Origin: the human T2T-CHM13v2.0 reference genome, Homo sapiens
DNA length: 64,000 nt
Reading direction: 5' to 3' (one strand)
NCBI RefSeq assembly: GCF_009914755.1
Contig: NC_060928.1
A program made the position numbers and the translations under genes. Positions 32,951 through 51,707 of the stretch are shown one piece after another. The notes beneath the pieces were generated by a model, which had not been told where the DNA came from, did not search any database, and saw only the letters and a list, made by a program, of their open reading frames with translations. Within the stretch, counting starts at the first letter, position 1; every line of letters begins with the position of its first letter.

Positions 32951-34959
32951 TCCCTTTTAAACACTCTGCAACTTAGGACAATACAGTCTGCAATGACAAA
33001 GAAAGGCCAAACCTGCTGAAAATGTTTATTATGAATTGAAGGGAAAAGATTAGAATAGAAATTTTTACCAATTATGTATTTAAGTACACCACTGGCCACT
33101 TACAAACTGCATGTATAGAAGAAACAAAACAAAAAACAAAAACCTTATTTAGGACCTGTCTCAAAGTCAGCCGCTTCTGATACTTTTTTTCTTTGTAGCT
33201 AAGTTGTTCTTATTCTAATAAATGTAGTTTCAGTGGAGTTAAATTGCCTAGTAGTTTACCTGTACTGATGGATTTTTATCTTGCCGAAATGTACCTTATT
33301 TCGTGAAGGTACATTCTTTTCCACTTAATGATGTTTACCACCTTTAAATATATTAAAAAACAGTCTCTATTAAGTTAAACTTGGAGTTTACAAAAGAAAT
33401 CCCCTTTTGATCCTAAGTAATTCATTTTTCTATTTTTAGGGAAGGAAATATTTCAAAAATTCTTTTGAAAATAATCTACAATGTGATAGAATTTCTTTTA
33501 ACTTCAGGAAAGGTAAATAGTTTTCCAACTGAAAATACAAATTCCCATAATTGTGACATAGTACAGATAAATGCTACTCACAGACCCAGACTTACATAAG
33601 TATCATTTAAGAGATATTCATAATGTAATACATATAAAATGATCTTTCTGAAGAAGAAAGGACTTTGCTTTTTGGGATGTATAAAATGAATTACATTTGA
33701 ATATTTTCTCTTTAGGTTATTTGTGAGTTTCCATGGCTGACACTAAGTACCCAGTGATTTTGACAAAGCAGTAAGCTGTAGAGGTCAGATAGTGGTTCTG
33801 GTGAAGTAAAGCTCTTAGAAGGTACAGTGCTATCCATGGATTTCAACTGATAAAATCAATAGAAGTCATCTGTGGTCAACTCAGAACTGCTGGAAAATGG
33901 TGTGTAGAGTTCTAAAGGGTAGAATAAAGAAAAATTTTCTTATTTCCTTACAGATGAAGATGTTATAAACATTCTTTTGCTAGCACAATACTCCAAGGGT
34001 TGGCTTTGGTAATTAAAACCATTCATCCTTATTATTAAGGTTTATCTTTATTTAAAATCTGAAGTCAGCCAGCATGAAGAGCTCAAATCATAATTAGTTC
34101 AATAAAACGACCACTAGCTGTGATCTAGAATAAAACAGGTCTAAACAGAACGTCAACAAGATGGTTTGGTCATGGCTTTGTAACTGAGACCTATACTTTA
34201 CTTTATACCTCAACCTACCCTCAATGTAATGAAAGCAATAGACTTCCCTTCATCAGAGGATGGGCAAGATAGTCAGTGTTGACATCTTCACTGATGATTC
34301 TCCCTGACAAGTGGCGTATTGTTGGAAGAGTGTTAAGGTTTTTCTTCTGTTTGCACTAAGGCTGGTTTTCCAGTTTTTTCCCTTGCATACATCACCTCCC
34401 TGACACTCCCGCTACTTCGCATTCACTTGTGGGCCATACTCAAATGGCTTGACACAAATTATTTTACTGTTGGAAAAAAATGTTTTACTTACCTTTAAAG
34501 ATTTTAACATTGTTAATGCATGGTCTAACACGTTGTTAATATATGTCAATGTATGGTTAATATACTTGTTCTTGCATCTCAGAGCCTGCCATATATTAGC
34601 GCTTTTTGAGAAGCAGAACATTCTTTGGTACTGATGTTTAGTAAGAATTTCATTTTACTTTTATTTACTCTCCATACACACACATACACACACACTAAGG
34701 TTAACATCGAAATAGATTTGTAATAGATTACATTTCTGAATATCCAGCTGTTGGACAGATATAGAAGGCAGTGGAGATCACCTTGAGTAAAAGAGTGGCA
34801 AGTTAAAGGCTCACATGAAAAAAAGTGCATGATTGAGAATAGACTTCAATGCTCAGATGAGTAAAAAATGAATCAGTAAAAAAAAAACTTTTTTATTCTT
34901 TCCATTTTTCTTTTAACAAACTTGGATATTAAGTACCTATTAAACCAAATTTGTGGAAA

Positions 34960-35130
34960 ATTCACTGATTTTGGAGTCAGAAAGAGTTGACTTTGAATCT
35001 CAGTTTTGCTTTTTTAGTAGCCGTGAGACTTGGGCAACCTACTTTTAATAATTCTCATACCTGTCATTGGGGAAATGAGAGTAATAGAAGGCTGCAAATT
35101 GTAGTGTTGGTATATAAAATGTCTAGCACA
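34960..35130 (+). mobile_element. MIR
   Basis: ttttggagtcagaaag...tagccgtgagacttgggcaa. Confidence 0.65.
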
Positions 35131-35234
35131 TGACAACCATTACACAAGTTGCTGCCCCACTCCCTCTCCACTCTTTACCCACCCACCACACATGCAAAGG
35201 TATTAGGGATACGGAAATGATTATGACAACAGCT

Positions 35235-35347
35235 ATCAGTCTGTAGGTTTCCATAGGGCAGATAATATTTCCTATTCACTTTTGTTTCTCCAGTCCTTAG
35301 CTTCGTGCTTGCATATTATATACCCAATAAATGTTTGCTGAATGAAT
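35235..35347 (+). mobile_element. L2 3' end
   Basis: ccaataaatgtttgctgaatgaat terminus. Confidence 0.6.
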
Positions 35348-35867
35348 ATACCATGTTTATCCACAAAAAATCACAATCTATACTGACTATAAATAGATAT
35401 TCCTTCAAAAATATAGAAATATTACACTAAAAGTCATACAGTTAGTGACAAATATAAATACTTAGGAAAGTGAAGTAGACCAGTGGAAGCTAAGCTTCTT
35501 GAGAGGCTTGGCACCCAGATGAAGAGGTTACAGGAAGGTTATGGGTTAATGTGAAAGAAATAGAGAAAGAATAGGTGCCTTAGCACTCTGTCAAATCTTG
35601 ATGAGGTGTCAGTAGAAGAAAACTTTTCTTTCCAGTTAAAAATTCGGCTTCAGTGGAGGAAATATTTTATTATGAATTTTCGGCAGCTGCTAAGAAAGAT
35701 CTTTAGACTAACCTCAGACTAGACACAGAATCTAGGGAATGCGTGGCCTGGTCTGGTCCTAAAGAAGCCATGATCTGTTCTGGAAATGTTCATAATCTGA
35801 AGCCTCTCTTTTGCTATCTGTAAGTAGAGATTAATCGTTAGGGTTGTTTATTTAAAGTTATTTTATT

Positions 35868-36168
35868 GACTGGGTGTGGTGGCTCACGCCTGTATTCCTA
35901 GCACTTTGGAAGGCCAAGGTGGGCAGATCGCTTGAGCCCAGGAATTTGAGACCAGCCAGCCTGAGCAACATGAAGAAACACTGTCTCTACAAAAAAAAAA
36001 AAAAAAAAAATCAGCTGAACATGATGGTGCCTGCTCATAATCTCAGCTACTGGGGAAGCTGAGGTGGGAGGATCACTTGAGCCCGGGATGTTGAGGCTGC
36101 CATGAGCCGAGATTGCATCACTGCACTCCAGCCTGGATGACCGAGTGAGACACTGTCTCCAAAAAAAA
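35868..36168 (+). mobile_element. AluJ
   Basis: gatcgcttgagcccagga, gggaggatcacttgagccc and gaggctgc are J-type motifs; TSD tattttatt. Confidence 0.9.
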
Positions 36169-36619
36169 TGTATTTTATTCACTACAGCAATTTTCTCTAA
36201 GAGCCCAAAGTGCTTATCTGCTCAGAGATCTTCTGAGAGAGGGATGGAGTTATTCTTCCAGCTATTAAGGGACTCTTAAAGAACTATGGTAACAAGAAAA
36301 AAGACATCACTATTTCAACTTTACTACAATTTTTATCAGGACAGGGTTTATTCTCAATGTGTTAAATAATGTTTTTGAATGGATTCTCTTGTTGCAAAAT
36401 GAAAATTAGGATTCTTTTCCAATATGATCTCAGAACCTAAACATCTTTACTAAAGATATCATTATTACTAAATTGCTCAAGAATAAAAATATGGCATGGT
36501 TAAGACTGGGAGATATTTTACTCCCTTGGTGCTTTCTATTATCTATTTTTAAATAATACTCCAGTGGTTTGACTTGATAATTTAATCATTTAAAAGGCAT
36601 TGACTAGAGTATTTGCATA

Positions 36620-37365
36620 GAACCTGACAATGTCTCTTCACCTTCACTGCTACTATTGTTGTCTAAGGCACTATCATTTACCCCCCAGATTGCTGAAAAA
36701 AATCTCCTTAACTGGTCTTTTCTTCATGCTTGCCTCATTCTCCTGCCCCTACTCTCTTTCCTTTATAGTAGACAGAGAACTAATGATAAACTGTGCCATA
36801 TCATGTCACTCCTTTGCTCAAAACCTACAGTGTCTCCCCATTTCATGCTTTGTAAAAAGCCAAAGGTCTTACAGGGGTTTATATAAGAACATATGTAATC
36901 TGCCCCCCAGTCATCTCTGGTTTTTCCTCCCCTCATTTACACCATTCCGGCCACACTGGCTTTCTTGATGTTTCATGAGAACATCAGAAATTTTCTCACT
37001 TAAAGATGTAGTGTTGGCTGTTCCTTCTGTCTGGAATTCTCATCTTGTAGATATCCACATTGCTTTTTACCTTCACTTCCTTCATGTTCTTGTTCAAATG
37101 TCATTTTCTCTTTGAGGTGAACCCTAGCTACTCTATTTACAATTGCAAGCCTTTATTCTTGAGACTCTCCATTCCTTTTACAATGCTTTTTTCATTTCAT
37201 AGCATTTATTACCTTCTAACAAACCACAATTAATTTTATTAATTATAATTACTATAATTATTATTACCATATATAAGCTCATTGATGGCAGGACTTTGTT
37301 CACTACTGAATCTTCACTGCCTGTAACAGTTCCTGGCACATAGTAGGTTATCAGTAAATATTTTA
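36620..37365 (+). mobile_element. L2 (3' portion)
   Basis: catgtcactcctttgctcaaaacct...ccacactggctttcttg...cctggcacatagtagg. Confidence 0.8.
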
Positions 37366-37437
37366 AAATTAATATTTTAATATTATATACAGACTTAATA
37401 AAACCCCAAATTGTGAAATGCCAATAATTAAAGAAAA

Positions 37438-43375
<5,938 letters not shown>

Positions 43376-43523
43376 TTTTTTAAAAATAGGACTGTATGCC
43401 ATTTGCCAATTGCATGAAATGATACATGCAAAAAGATCTAGAGAAGGGAGAAGTCAATGTAAGATCTCTTGTATAATGTAAACCCCAGAAGGACAGTTTT
43501 TTGTTATTGTTTTTATTCACTAC

Positions 43524-44561
43524 TGATATTGAATATATCAACAGACAATGGCTAAACCATATATAAAAATTGAACTTTGTCCTGAAAGTCATGGAAGCTC
43601 CCCAGGAAATTAACATCTTTATCTACAATGAACAGCTCAGAAATTCAACCTGCTGTAAGTCAGACTTGCAAGAATCCAGATTGCTATCTCTAGTGACAAT
43701 CTAGGACATTAAGCATAATGTTACAAGGAAGAGGTCTGAATCCAGACCCCAAGAGAGGGTTCTTGGATCTCACGCAAGAAAGAATTCAGGGCGAGTGTGC
43801 AGTGCAAAGTGAAAGCAAGTTTATTACGAAAGAAAGGAATAAAAGAATGGCTACTCCACAGAGCAGCACCTAGAGCTGCTGGTTCCCCATTTTTATGGTT
43901 ACTTATTGATGATATACTAAACAAGGGGTGGATTATTCATGCCTCCCCTTTTTAGACCATATAGGGTAACTTCCTGACATTGCCATGGTGTTTGTAAACT
44001 GTCATGGCACTGGTGGGAGTGTAGCAATGAGAATAACCAGAGGTCACTCTCGTGGCCATTTTGGTTTTGGTGAATTTTGGCCTGCTCCCTTATTGCCACC
44101 TGTTTTATCAGCAAGGTCTTTATGATGTGTATTTTGTGCTGACCTCCTATCTCACCCTGTGATTTAGAATGCCTTAACCATCTGGAAATGCAGCCCAGTT
44201 GGTTTCAGCCTCATTTTACCCAGCTCCTGTTTAAGATAGAGTTGCTCTTGTTCATATGCCTCTGACAGTAACTTCTGTGAAAATCAGCCACAAATGGCCA
44301 GGACTTGATTAATAACTGACAGCTTCCCTAATTTTGGTCCCTGCTTCCAACTTAGGACCAACCAGAGAAAGCCAAATACGTGCCTCTAACCAGTCACATA
44401 GGATGCCTACCTTCTGGTTAACCTGGCTACAGCTTGCTCAGGTCATCAGTCTTCAATCAGGACATACGTAAAGCCTTCCCTTCTTTCCATTATAAAGCTT
44501 TCCCATTCCTCTGCCTAATAAATAACTTTGCTTTTGTACTTGGTTAGTCTTTATTTCCACA
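43524..44561 (+). mobile_element. Older ERV1-type solo LTR hosting a MER41, itself inside an L2 3' end
   Basis: tg...ca termini, flanks ctac/ttac, ggaccaaccagagaaagccaaata motif; L2 terminus (gtaggtgctcaatgaatattcactgaatgaat) resumes at 44562-44643. Confidence 0.6.
43719..44267 (-). mobile_element. MER41 (MER41A-length) solo LTR
   Basis: ccagaccccaagagagggttcttggatctcacgcaagaaagaattcagggcgagt...gcctctgaca; 549 bp; flanks ataa/gtaa. Confidence 0.85.
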
Positions 44562-44931
44562 TTACTGTATCCCAAACTCACAGAATGAGGCATAACACAT
44601 AGTAGGTGCTCAATGAATATTCACTGAATGAATAAATGAATGAAGGAGAACTACCGTGAACAAAAGTTTCACTTAATGTGGGGACATTTTTTATTACCTT
44701 GAAGGGAAAAATAGGAATTGTTGTCCACGTATGCTTCCTTTTTTAAGGTTGTTCAGGTCATCTTACCTCTCTCGACGAAAAAAAGAAAATGAGCCATAGT
44801 AGCAGAAGGTGGTAATTTTGATGTGTCTTGGGAAAAGATGGTAAAACACAGCATCTGTGAGGCAAGCTTTGCTTTGCATTCTGTTCACTGATTTAGTTTG
44901 ATATCTTGAGCTTTAAAGATTTTGTGTAGTT

Positions 44932-45248
<317 letters not shown>

Positions 45249-46026
45249 GGAATTCTTGTGATGCATATGCGATCAAGGCCCACCCACCAGGAAAGTATAG
45301 AGTTATAGCAAAAATCCCAGTTGCTAATAGATTGTTTGCCTGTAGTCTCTGTGTACTAACCAAGCGAGTATCTAGAGAGGGCATTTCTGGCCATAGTAGG
45401 TGGCTGATAGGAAATTCAAGGACTTCAGAACGTTGGCTGTCATTTTATTATTTTCCATTAATACTTTTATTGCTTTTCCTATTAGAATTCATGGAAAGGT
45501 ATAGGGCTGGAAATGGAGAAGGTGTCTGAATATGAACATTGGGAATTGGTAAAAAATGTGGTCTGCAGATTATAATCAGATTTTAAAAAGGAGTTTGGAT
45601 ACAATATAGTAGGAAGCAGGGAAACAAGTTCCTAAGAAAGAAGAGAATATAATATTCTATTGTTTTAGGAAGACTAATCTGGCAGTCAGTGGCATTTACT
45701 TTAGCACTCATAAAACTTCAGCAAAATTAAATAGAATTGATGGCATTACCACAATTTAATTTATATTAAACAACTTTCTAGTAACTGTTTTGTATCAAAT
45801 GCAGGGAGAGAAATTTCAAAGACAAAGATAAACCAATCTTTTACTTTCAACATAGATCTTTTTTCATAAAACATTATGGATTCATTTTGTATCACACCGT
45901 AGTTTAATTTTTTGGCAATAACTTGAGGTCAGGTACCTCATGTTGTATCCTAGGAAAAAGTTTAGGGGTTTTTCAGATTATTAGGGAGTTCATGTAGTGC
46001 ACAAGGTGAGCTTTTCAAATACTAAT

Positions 46027-46081
46027 TGTGTGAGTGTGTGTCTGACACACACATACACACACACAGAGAGAGAGAGAGAGA
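46027..46081. repeat. Compound (TG)/(CA)/(GA) microsatellite
   Basis: Direct inspection. Confidence 0.85.
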
Positions 46082-48827
46082 AATTGGTGAGAAATGCATC
46101 ATTATATTTTTCTTTGGAAAATTCAACCAGATAGGTAATGGCTTAAAAAGAAACAATTTCAAATTTGAAAGAAAAACTTACCATATCCTTTTATATACAT
46201 TATTAAACATATATATAACCGAATTAACTGAATTTCAACATCTTTATTCATATTCTAAAGACAGATTTCAATGGCAACATAGAGGGGAGAGCTTGCTAAA
46301 TGACTTAAATCTAATTGCATTAAAATTTGAAGTTAGATTCCAAAGATAATTTTCCTTTTACAGGTGATGATTAACAACTATATTCATAAGCACATCAGAA
46401 AGTCAACCCAGATAACTTCTTTTTATAAACCTTTTCTGGAGATACTGTTATATAAAGGAACATTGATTCTTTAATCTACTATAGTTGGTTTTCAGCTATT
46501 AAATTGCTGCTCTGAGCATTTGGGCTCCTGGTATTACTGCAAACAACAGCATTTACTGAGTCCAAAAACACCAGCAGCTCTTCTATGACAGAAAAGCATT
46601 TCAGTCTCATTTGTCAGGATTCATGGTTGGGTTGAGTTTCATAAAAACATTTTAATAATAGAGATTTATTATAATGTGAATTTCTTGGGAAACTTTAAGT
46701 TATGTGTGGTATAGGGCTATTGAGAATTATATAGAACTAATATATCATTTACTTTTTTATTTTTTATTGATACAGAATGGTACGTATTTATGGGATACAT
46801 GTGATATTTTGATACATGCATACAATCTGTAATGATAAAATCAGGTTTTTCAGGGTACCCATTGCCTCAAATATTTATCATTTCTATGTGTCGAGAACAT
46901 TTCAAATATTCTCTTCTAGCTATCTTACAATATACAACACATTGTTATTAACTATAGTTACCCTACCGGTATTGAACACTAGAACATATTTCTTCTATCT
47001 AACTGTATTTTTACAAAAATTAACCAACCTTTCATTATGCCCTTGCCCCACCCTTCCTAGGCTCTGGTAACCATCATTCTACTCTCTACCTTCATGAGAT
47101 CAACTATTATAGCCCCCACATATGAGTGAAAACGTGGTATTTTTCTTTCTGTGCCTGGCTTATTTCACTTAACCTAATGACCTCCAGTTCCATCCATTAT
47201 GCTGCAAATGGCAGAATTTCATTCATTTTTTGTGGCTAGATAATATTCCACTATGCATATTTACCACATTTTCTTTTTCCAATTGCCCATTGATGGACAC
47301 TTAGGTTGATTCCATCTCTTGGCTATTTTGAATAGTGCTGCAATAAACATGCTGGTGTAGGTATCCCTTTGGTATACCAATTTATTTTGCTTTGAATAAA
47401 TACTCAGTAGAGGGATTGCTGGGTTGTATGGTAATTATTGATTTCTTTTTCAGCTAGTTCTTTATTAGTATGTAGAAACACTAGTGATTTTTGTGTGTTG
47501 ATTTTGTGTCAGAGTTTTGAGAAACCTCCATACTGTTTTTCATAATGGCTGTACTACTTTACATTCTCACCAAGAGAGTATACGAGTTCCTCTTTCTCCA
47601 TATCCTCACCAGCATTTATTTTTTGCCTTTATGATAATAACTGTTCTAACTTGGGTGAGCTGATACCTCGTTGTGGCTTTTATTTCCATTTCCCTGATAA
47701 TTCATGGTGCTGAACTTTCTTTTCCAATTCTAGTTGGTCATTTATATATCTAATTTTGAGAAATGTCTATTCAGATTTTTTGTCCACTTTTACATGGGAT
47801 TATCGGTTTTTTTCAGTTGAGTTGTTTGAGTTTTTCTGCATATTCAAGATATTGGTTCTTTGTTGGATTAATAGCTTACAAATATTTGCTCCCATTCTAC
47901 AGGTTGTCTTTTTTAATCCGTTAATTGTTTCCTTTTCTGTGGAGAAGCTTCTTAGTTTAATATAGTTTCTTTTGTCTGTTTTTGTTGCCTGTGGTTTTGA
48001 AGTCTTGGCCATAAAATTGTTGCCTAGACCAATGTCCTGAAGTATTTCTCCTATGTTTTCTTCTAGTAGTTTTATTGTTTCAGGTCTTACATTTGGGTTT
48101 TGAATCACATTTGAGTTGATTTTTACATATGGCAAGGGTTAGGGTTTACTTTTAGTCTTCTGTATGTGGATATTTAGTTTTCCTAGCAGACGCATGATGA
48201 CTCCAGCTTTGTTCTTTTTATCCAGTATTGATTTAGCTATTCAGGGTTTTTTGTGTTTCCATATGAATTTTAGGATTGATTTTTCAATTTCTGTGAAGAA
48301 TGCCATTGACATTTTGATAAGGGTTGCATTAAATCTGTAGATTCTTCTGGATAGTATGGTCATTTAAAAATATTTTAATTCTTCCGATCCATGAGAAAAG
48401 AGTATCTTTCCATCTGTTTGTTTCCTCCTCAATTTCTTAATCAGTTTTTTGTAGTTTTTGTGGTAGAGATCTTTCACCAGTTTGGTTACATTTATTCCTA
48501 GGTATTCAATTTTTGGAGTTATAGGTGGGATTTTTTTTTTATTACTTTTCCAGCTAGTTCTTATTAGTGTATAGAAACACTAGTGATTTTGTTTGTATTC
48601 TGCAACTTTACTGAATTCATTGAGAACTCATTGAGAAATGAATTTACTCATTTCTAAGATTTTTTTGATAGAGTCTTTAGCTTTTTCTATACATAAGATC
48701 ATGTCATCTGTAAGGAGGGACAATTTAAATTTCCTTTTTCCAATGTGGAAGCCTTTATTTCCTTTGCTTCTCAGATTGCTCTGGCTACAACATGTAGTAC
48801 TATTTTGATGAAGAGTGATGAAAGTGG

Positions 48828-50197
48828 ATGGTCTGTTCCAAGATGGCCTACTAGGAACAGCTCCAGTCTGCAGCTGCCAGCGCAATTGATGCAGAATATG
48901 GGTGATTTCTGCATTTCCAACTGAGGTACCTGGTTCATCTCACTGGGACTGGTTTGACAGTGGGTGCAGCCCACAGAGGGAGAGCCAAAGCAGGGCAGGG
49001 CAGTGCCTCACACAGGAAGTGCAAGGAGTTGGGGGATTTCCCTTTCCTAGGCAAGGGAAGCTGTGACCAACTGTACCTGGAAAAACGGGACACTTCCACC
49101 CAAATACTGAACTTTTCCCACAGTCTTAGCAACCAGCAGACCAGGAGATTTCTCTCCTGTGCCTGGCTCGGTGGGTCCCATGCACATGCAGCCTTGCTAA
49201 CTGCTAGCACAGCCATCTAAGATCGACCTGTGAGGCTGCAGCCTGGTGTGGGGAGGGGTATCTGCCATTGCTGAGGCTTAAGTAGGTAAACAAAGTGGCT
49301 GGGAAGCTCAAACTGGGCAGAGCCCATTGTAGCTCAGCAAGGCCTACTACCTCTGTAGACTCCACTTCTGTGGGGAGGGCATAGCTGAACAAAAGGCAGC
49401 AGAAACTTCTGCAGATTCAAACGTCCCTGTCTGACAGCTCTGAAGAGAGCAGTGGTTCCCCCAGCATGGCATTTGAGCTCTGAGAACAGACAGACTGCCT
49501 CCTCAAGTTGGTCCCTGACCCCCATGTAGCCTAACTGGGAGACACCTCCCAGTAGGGGCTGACAGACACCTCATACAAGTGGGTGCTTCTCTGGGATGAA
49601 GCTTCCAGAGGAAGGATCAGGCAGCAATATTTGCTGTTCTGCAATATTTCCTGCTCTGCAGCCTCCGCTGGTGATACCCAGGCAAACAGGGCCTGGAGTG
49701 GACCTCCAGCAAACTCCAACAGACCTGCAGCTGAGGGACTTGACTGTTAGAAGGAAAACTGACAAACAGAAAGGAATAGCATCAACATCAACAAAAAGGA
49801 CATCCACGCCAAAACCCCATCTGTAGGTCACCAACATCAAAGACCAAAGGTAGATAAAACCACAAGAAAAGACCAAAGGTTGCATTTAATTTTATCCAAT
49901 CTGGCTGGGCACGGTGGCTCATGCCTGTAATCCCAGCACTTTGGGAGGCTGAGGAGGGCAGATCACGAGGTCAGGAGATCGAGACCATCCTGGCTAACAT
50001 GGTGAAATCCCATCCGTATTAAAATACAAAAAAAAAAAAATTAGCTGGGTGTGGTGGCAGGCACCTGTAGTCCCAGCTACTTCGGAGGCTGAGGCAGAAG
50101 AATGGTGTGAACCCGTGAGAGACAGAGCTTGCAGTGAGCTGAGATTGAGCCACTGCACTCCAGCCTGGGTGACAGAGCGAGACTTCATCTCAAAAAA

Positions 50198-50236
<39 letters not shown>

Positions 50237-51381
50237 AATAAAGAGACTTAAATGTTAGACCTAAAACCATAAAAACCCCAGAAGAAAACCTAGGCAATGC
50301 TATTTAGGACATAGGCATGGGCAAAGACTTCATGACTAAAACACCAAAAACAATGGCAACAAAAGCTAAAATAGACAACTGGGATGTAATTAAACTAAAG
50401 AGCTTCTGCACAGCAAAAGAAACTACCCTCAGAATGAACAGGCAACCTACAGAATGGCAGAAAATTTTTGCAATCTACCTATCTCACAAAGGGCTAATAT
50501 CCAGAATCTACAAAGAACTTAAACAAATTTACAAGAAAAAAACAAACAGCCTCATCAAAAAGTGGACAAAGGATATGAACAGACACTTCTCAAAAGAAGA
50601 CATTTAGGCAGCCACATGAAAAAATGCTCATCATCACTGGTCATCAGAGAAATGCAAATCAAAACCACAATGAGCTACAATCTCACGCCAGTTAGAATGG
50701 TGATCATTAAAAAGTCAGGAAACAACAGGTGCTCAAGAGGATGTGGAGAAATAGGAACACTTTTACACTGTTGGTGGGACTGTAAATAAGTTCAACCATT
50801 GTGGAAGACAGTGTAACGATTCCTCAAGGATCTAGAACTAGAAATACCATTTGACCCAGCCATCCCATTACTGGGTATACACCCAAAGGATTATAAATCA
50901 TGCTACTATAAAGATACATGTACATGTATGTTTATTGCAGCACTATTCACAATAGCAAAGACTTGGAACCAACCCAAATGACCATCAATGATAGACTGGT
51001 TTAAGAAAATGTGGCACATATACACCATGGAATACTATGCAGCCACAAACAAGGATGAGTTCATGTCCTTTGTAGGGACATGGATGAAGCTGGAAACCAT
51101 CATTCTCAGCAAACTATCGCAAGGACAGAAAACCAAACACTGCATGTTCTTACTCATAGGTGGGAATTGAACAATGAGAACACTTGGACACAGGGCAGGG
51201 AACATCACACACTGGAACCTGTCATGGGGTGGGGGGCTAGGGGAAGGGATAGCATTAGGAGAAATACCTAATGTAAATGACAAGTTGATGGGTGCAGCAA
51301 ACTAACATGGCACATGTATACCTATGTAACAAACCTGCACCTTGTGCACATGTACCACAGAACTTAAAGTAGAAAAAAAAA
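48828..51381 (+). mobile_element. L1PA7/8-like element with complete 5'UTR and 3' end but ORF1 and most of ORF2 deleted
   Basis: 5' caagatggc (YY1-type motif); 5'UTR runs to gataaaaccacaa at about 49865; ORF2 resumes at about 50244 (agacttaaatgttagacc). 17-bp TSD aagagtg(a/g)tgaaagtgg at 48811-48827 and 51382-51398. Confidence 0.92.
49903..50243 (+). mobile_element. AluY (probably chimeric, no TSD)
   Basis: Y-type motifs and (AAAT)n tail; its 5' flank is a copy of 25539-25578. Confidence 0.9.
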
Positions 51382-51420
51382 AAGAGTGGTGAAAGTGGGC
51401 ATCTTTGTTTTGTTCCACTT

Positions 51421-51707
51421 TTTTTTTTTTTTTTTCTCGAGATGGAGTCTCACTCTGTCGCCTGGGCTGGAGTGCAGTGGTGCAATCTCGCCTCACTGCA
51501 ACCTCCGCTTCCTGGGTTCAATCAGTTCTCGTGCCTCAGTCTCTTGAGTAGCTGGGATTACAGGCACATGCCACCACGCCCAGCTAATTTTTGTATTTTT
51601 GTATTTCACCATGTTGGCCAGGATGGTCTCGATCTCTTGACCTCTTGATCCACCCACCTCGGCCTCCCAAAGTGTTGGGATTACAGGCGTGAGCCAACGC
51701 GCCTGGC
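51421..51707 (-). mobile_element. AluSc-like
   Basis: gccaggatggtctcgatctcttgacc; TSD ttgttccactt. Confidence 0.9.

Noticed and set aside
34412-34621. Minus-strand ORF ending KPFEYGPQVNAK, possible terminal exon
   Set aside because: Peptide not recognised, and a donor-like site lies only about 25 nt from the acceptor; kept only within the repeat-poor island finding.
48935-49885. Cluster of GC-rich ORFs on both strands
   Set aside because: All lie within the L1PA 5'UTR; stop-poor because of base composition. An intact ORF0 could not be established.
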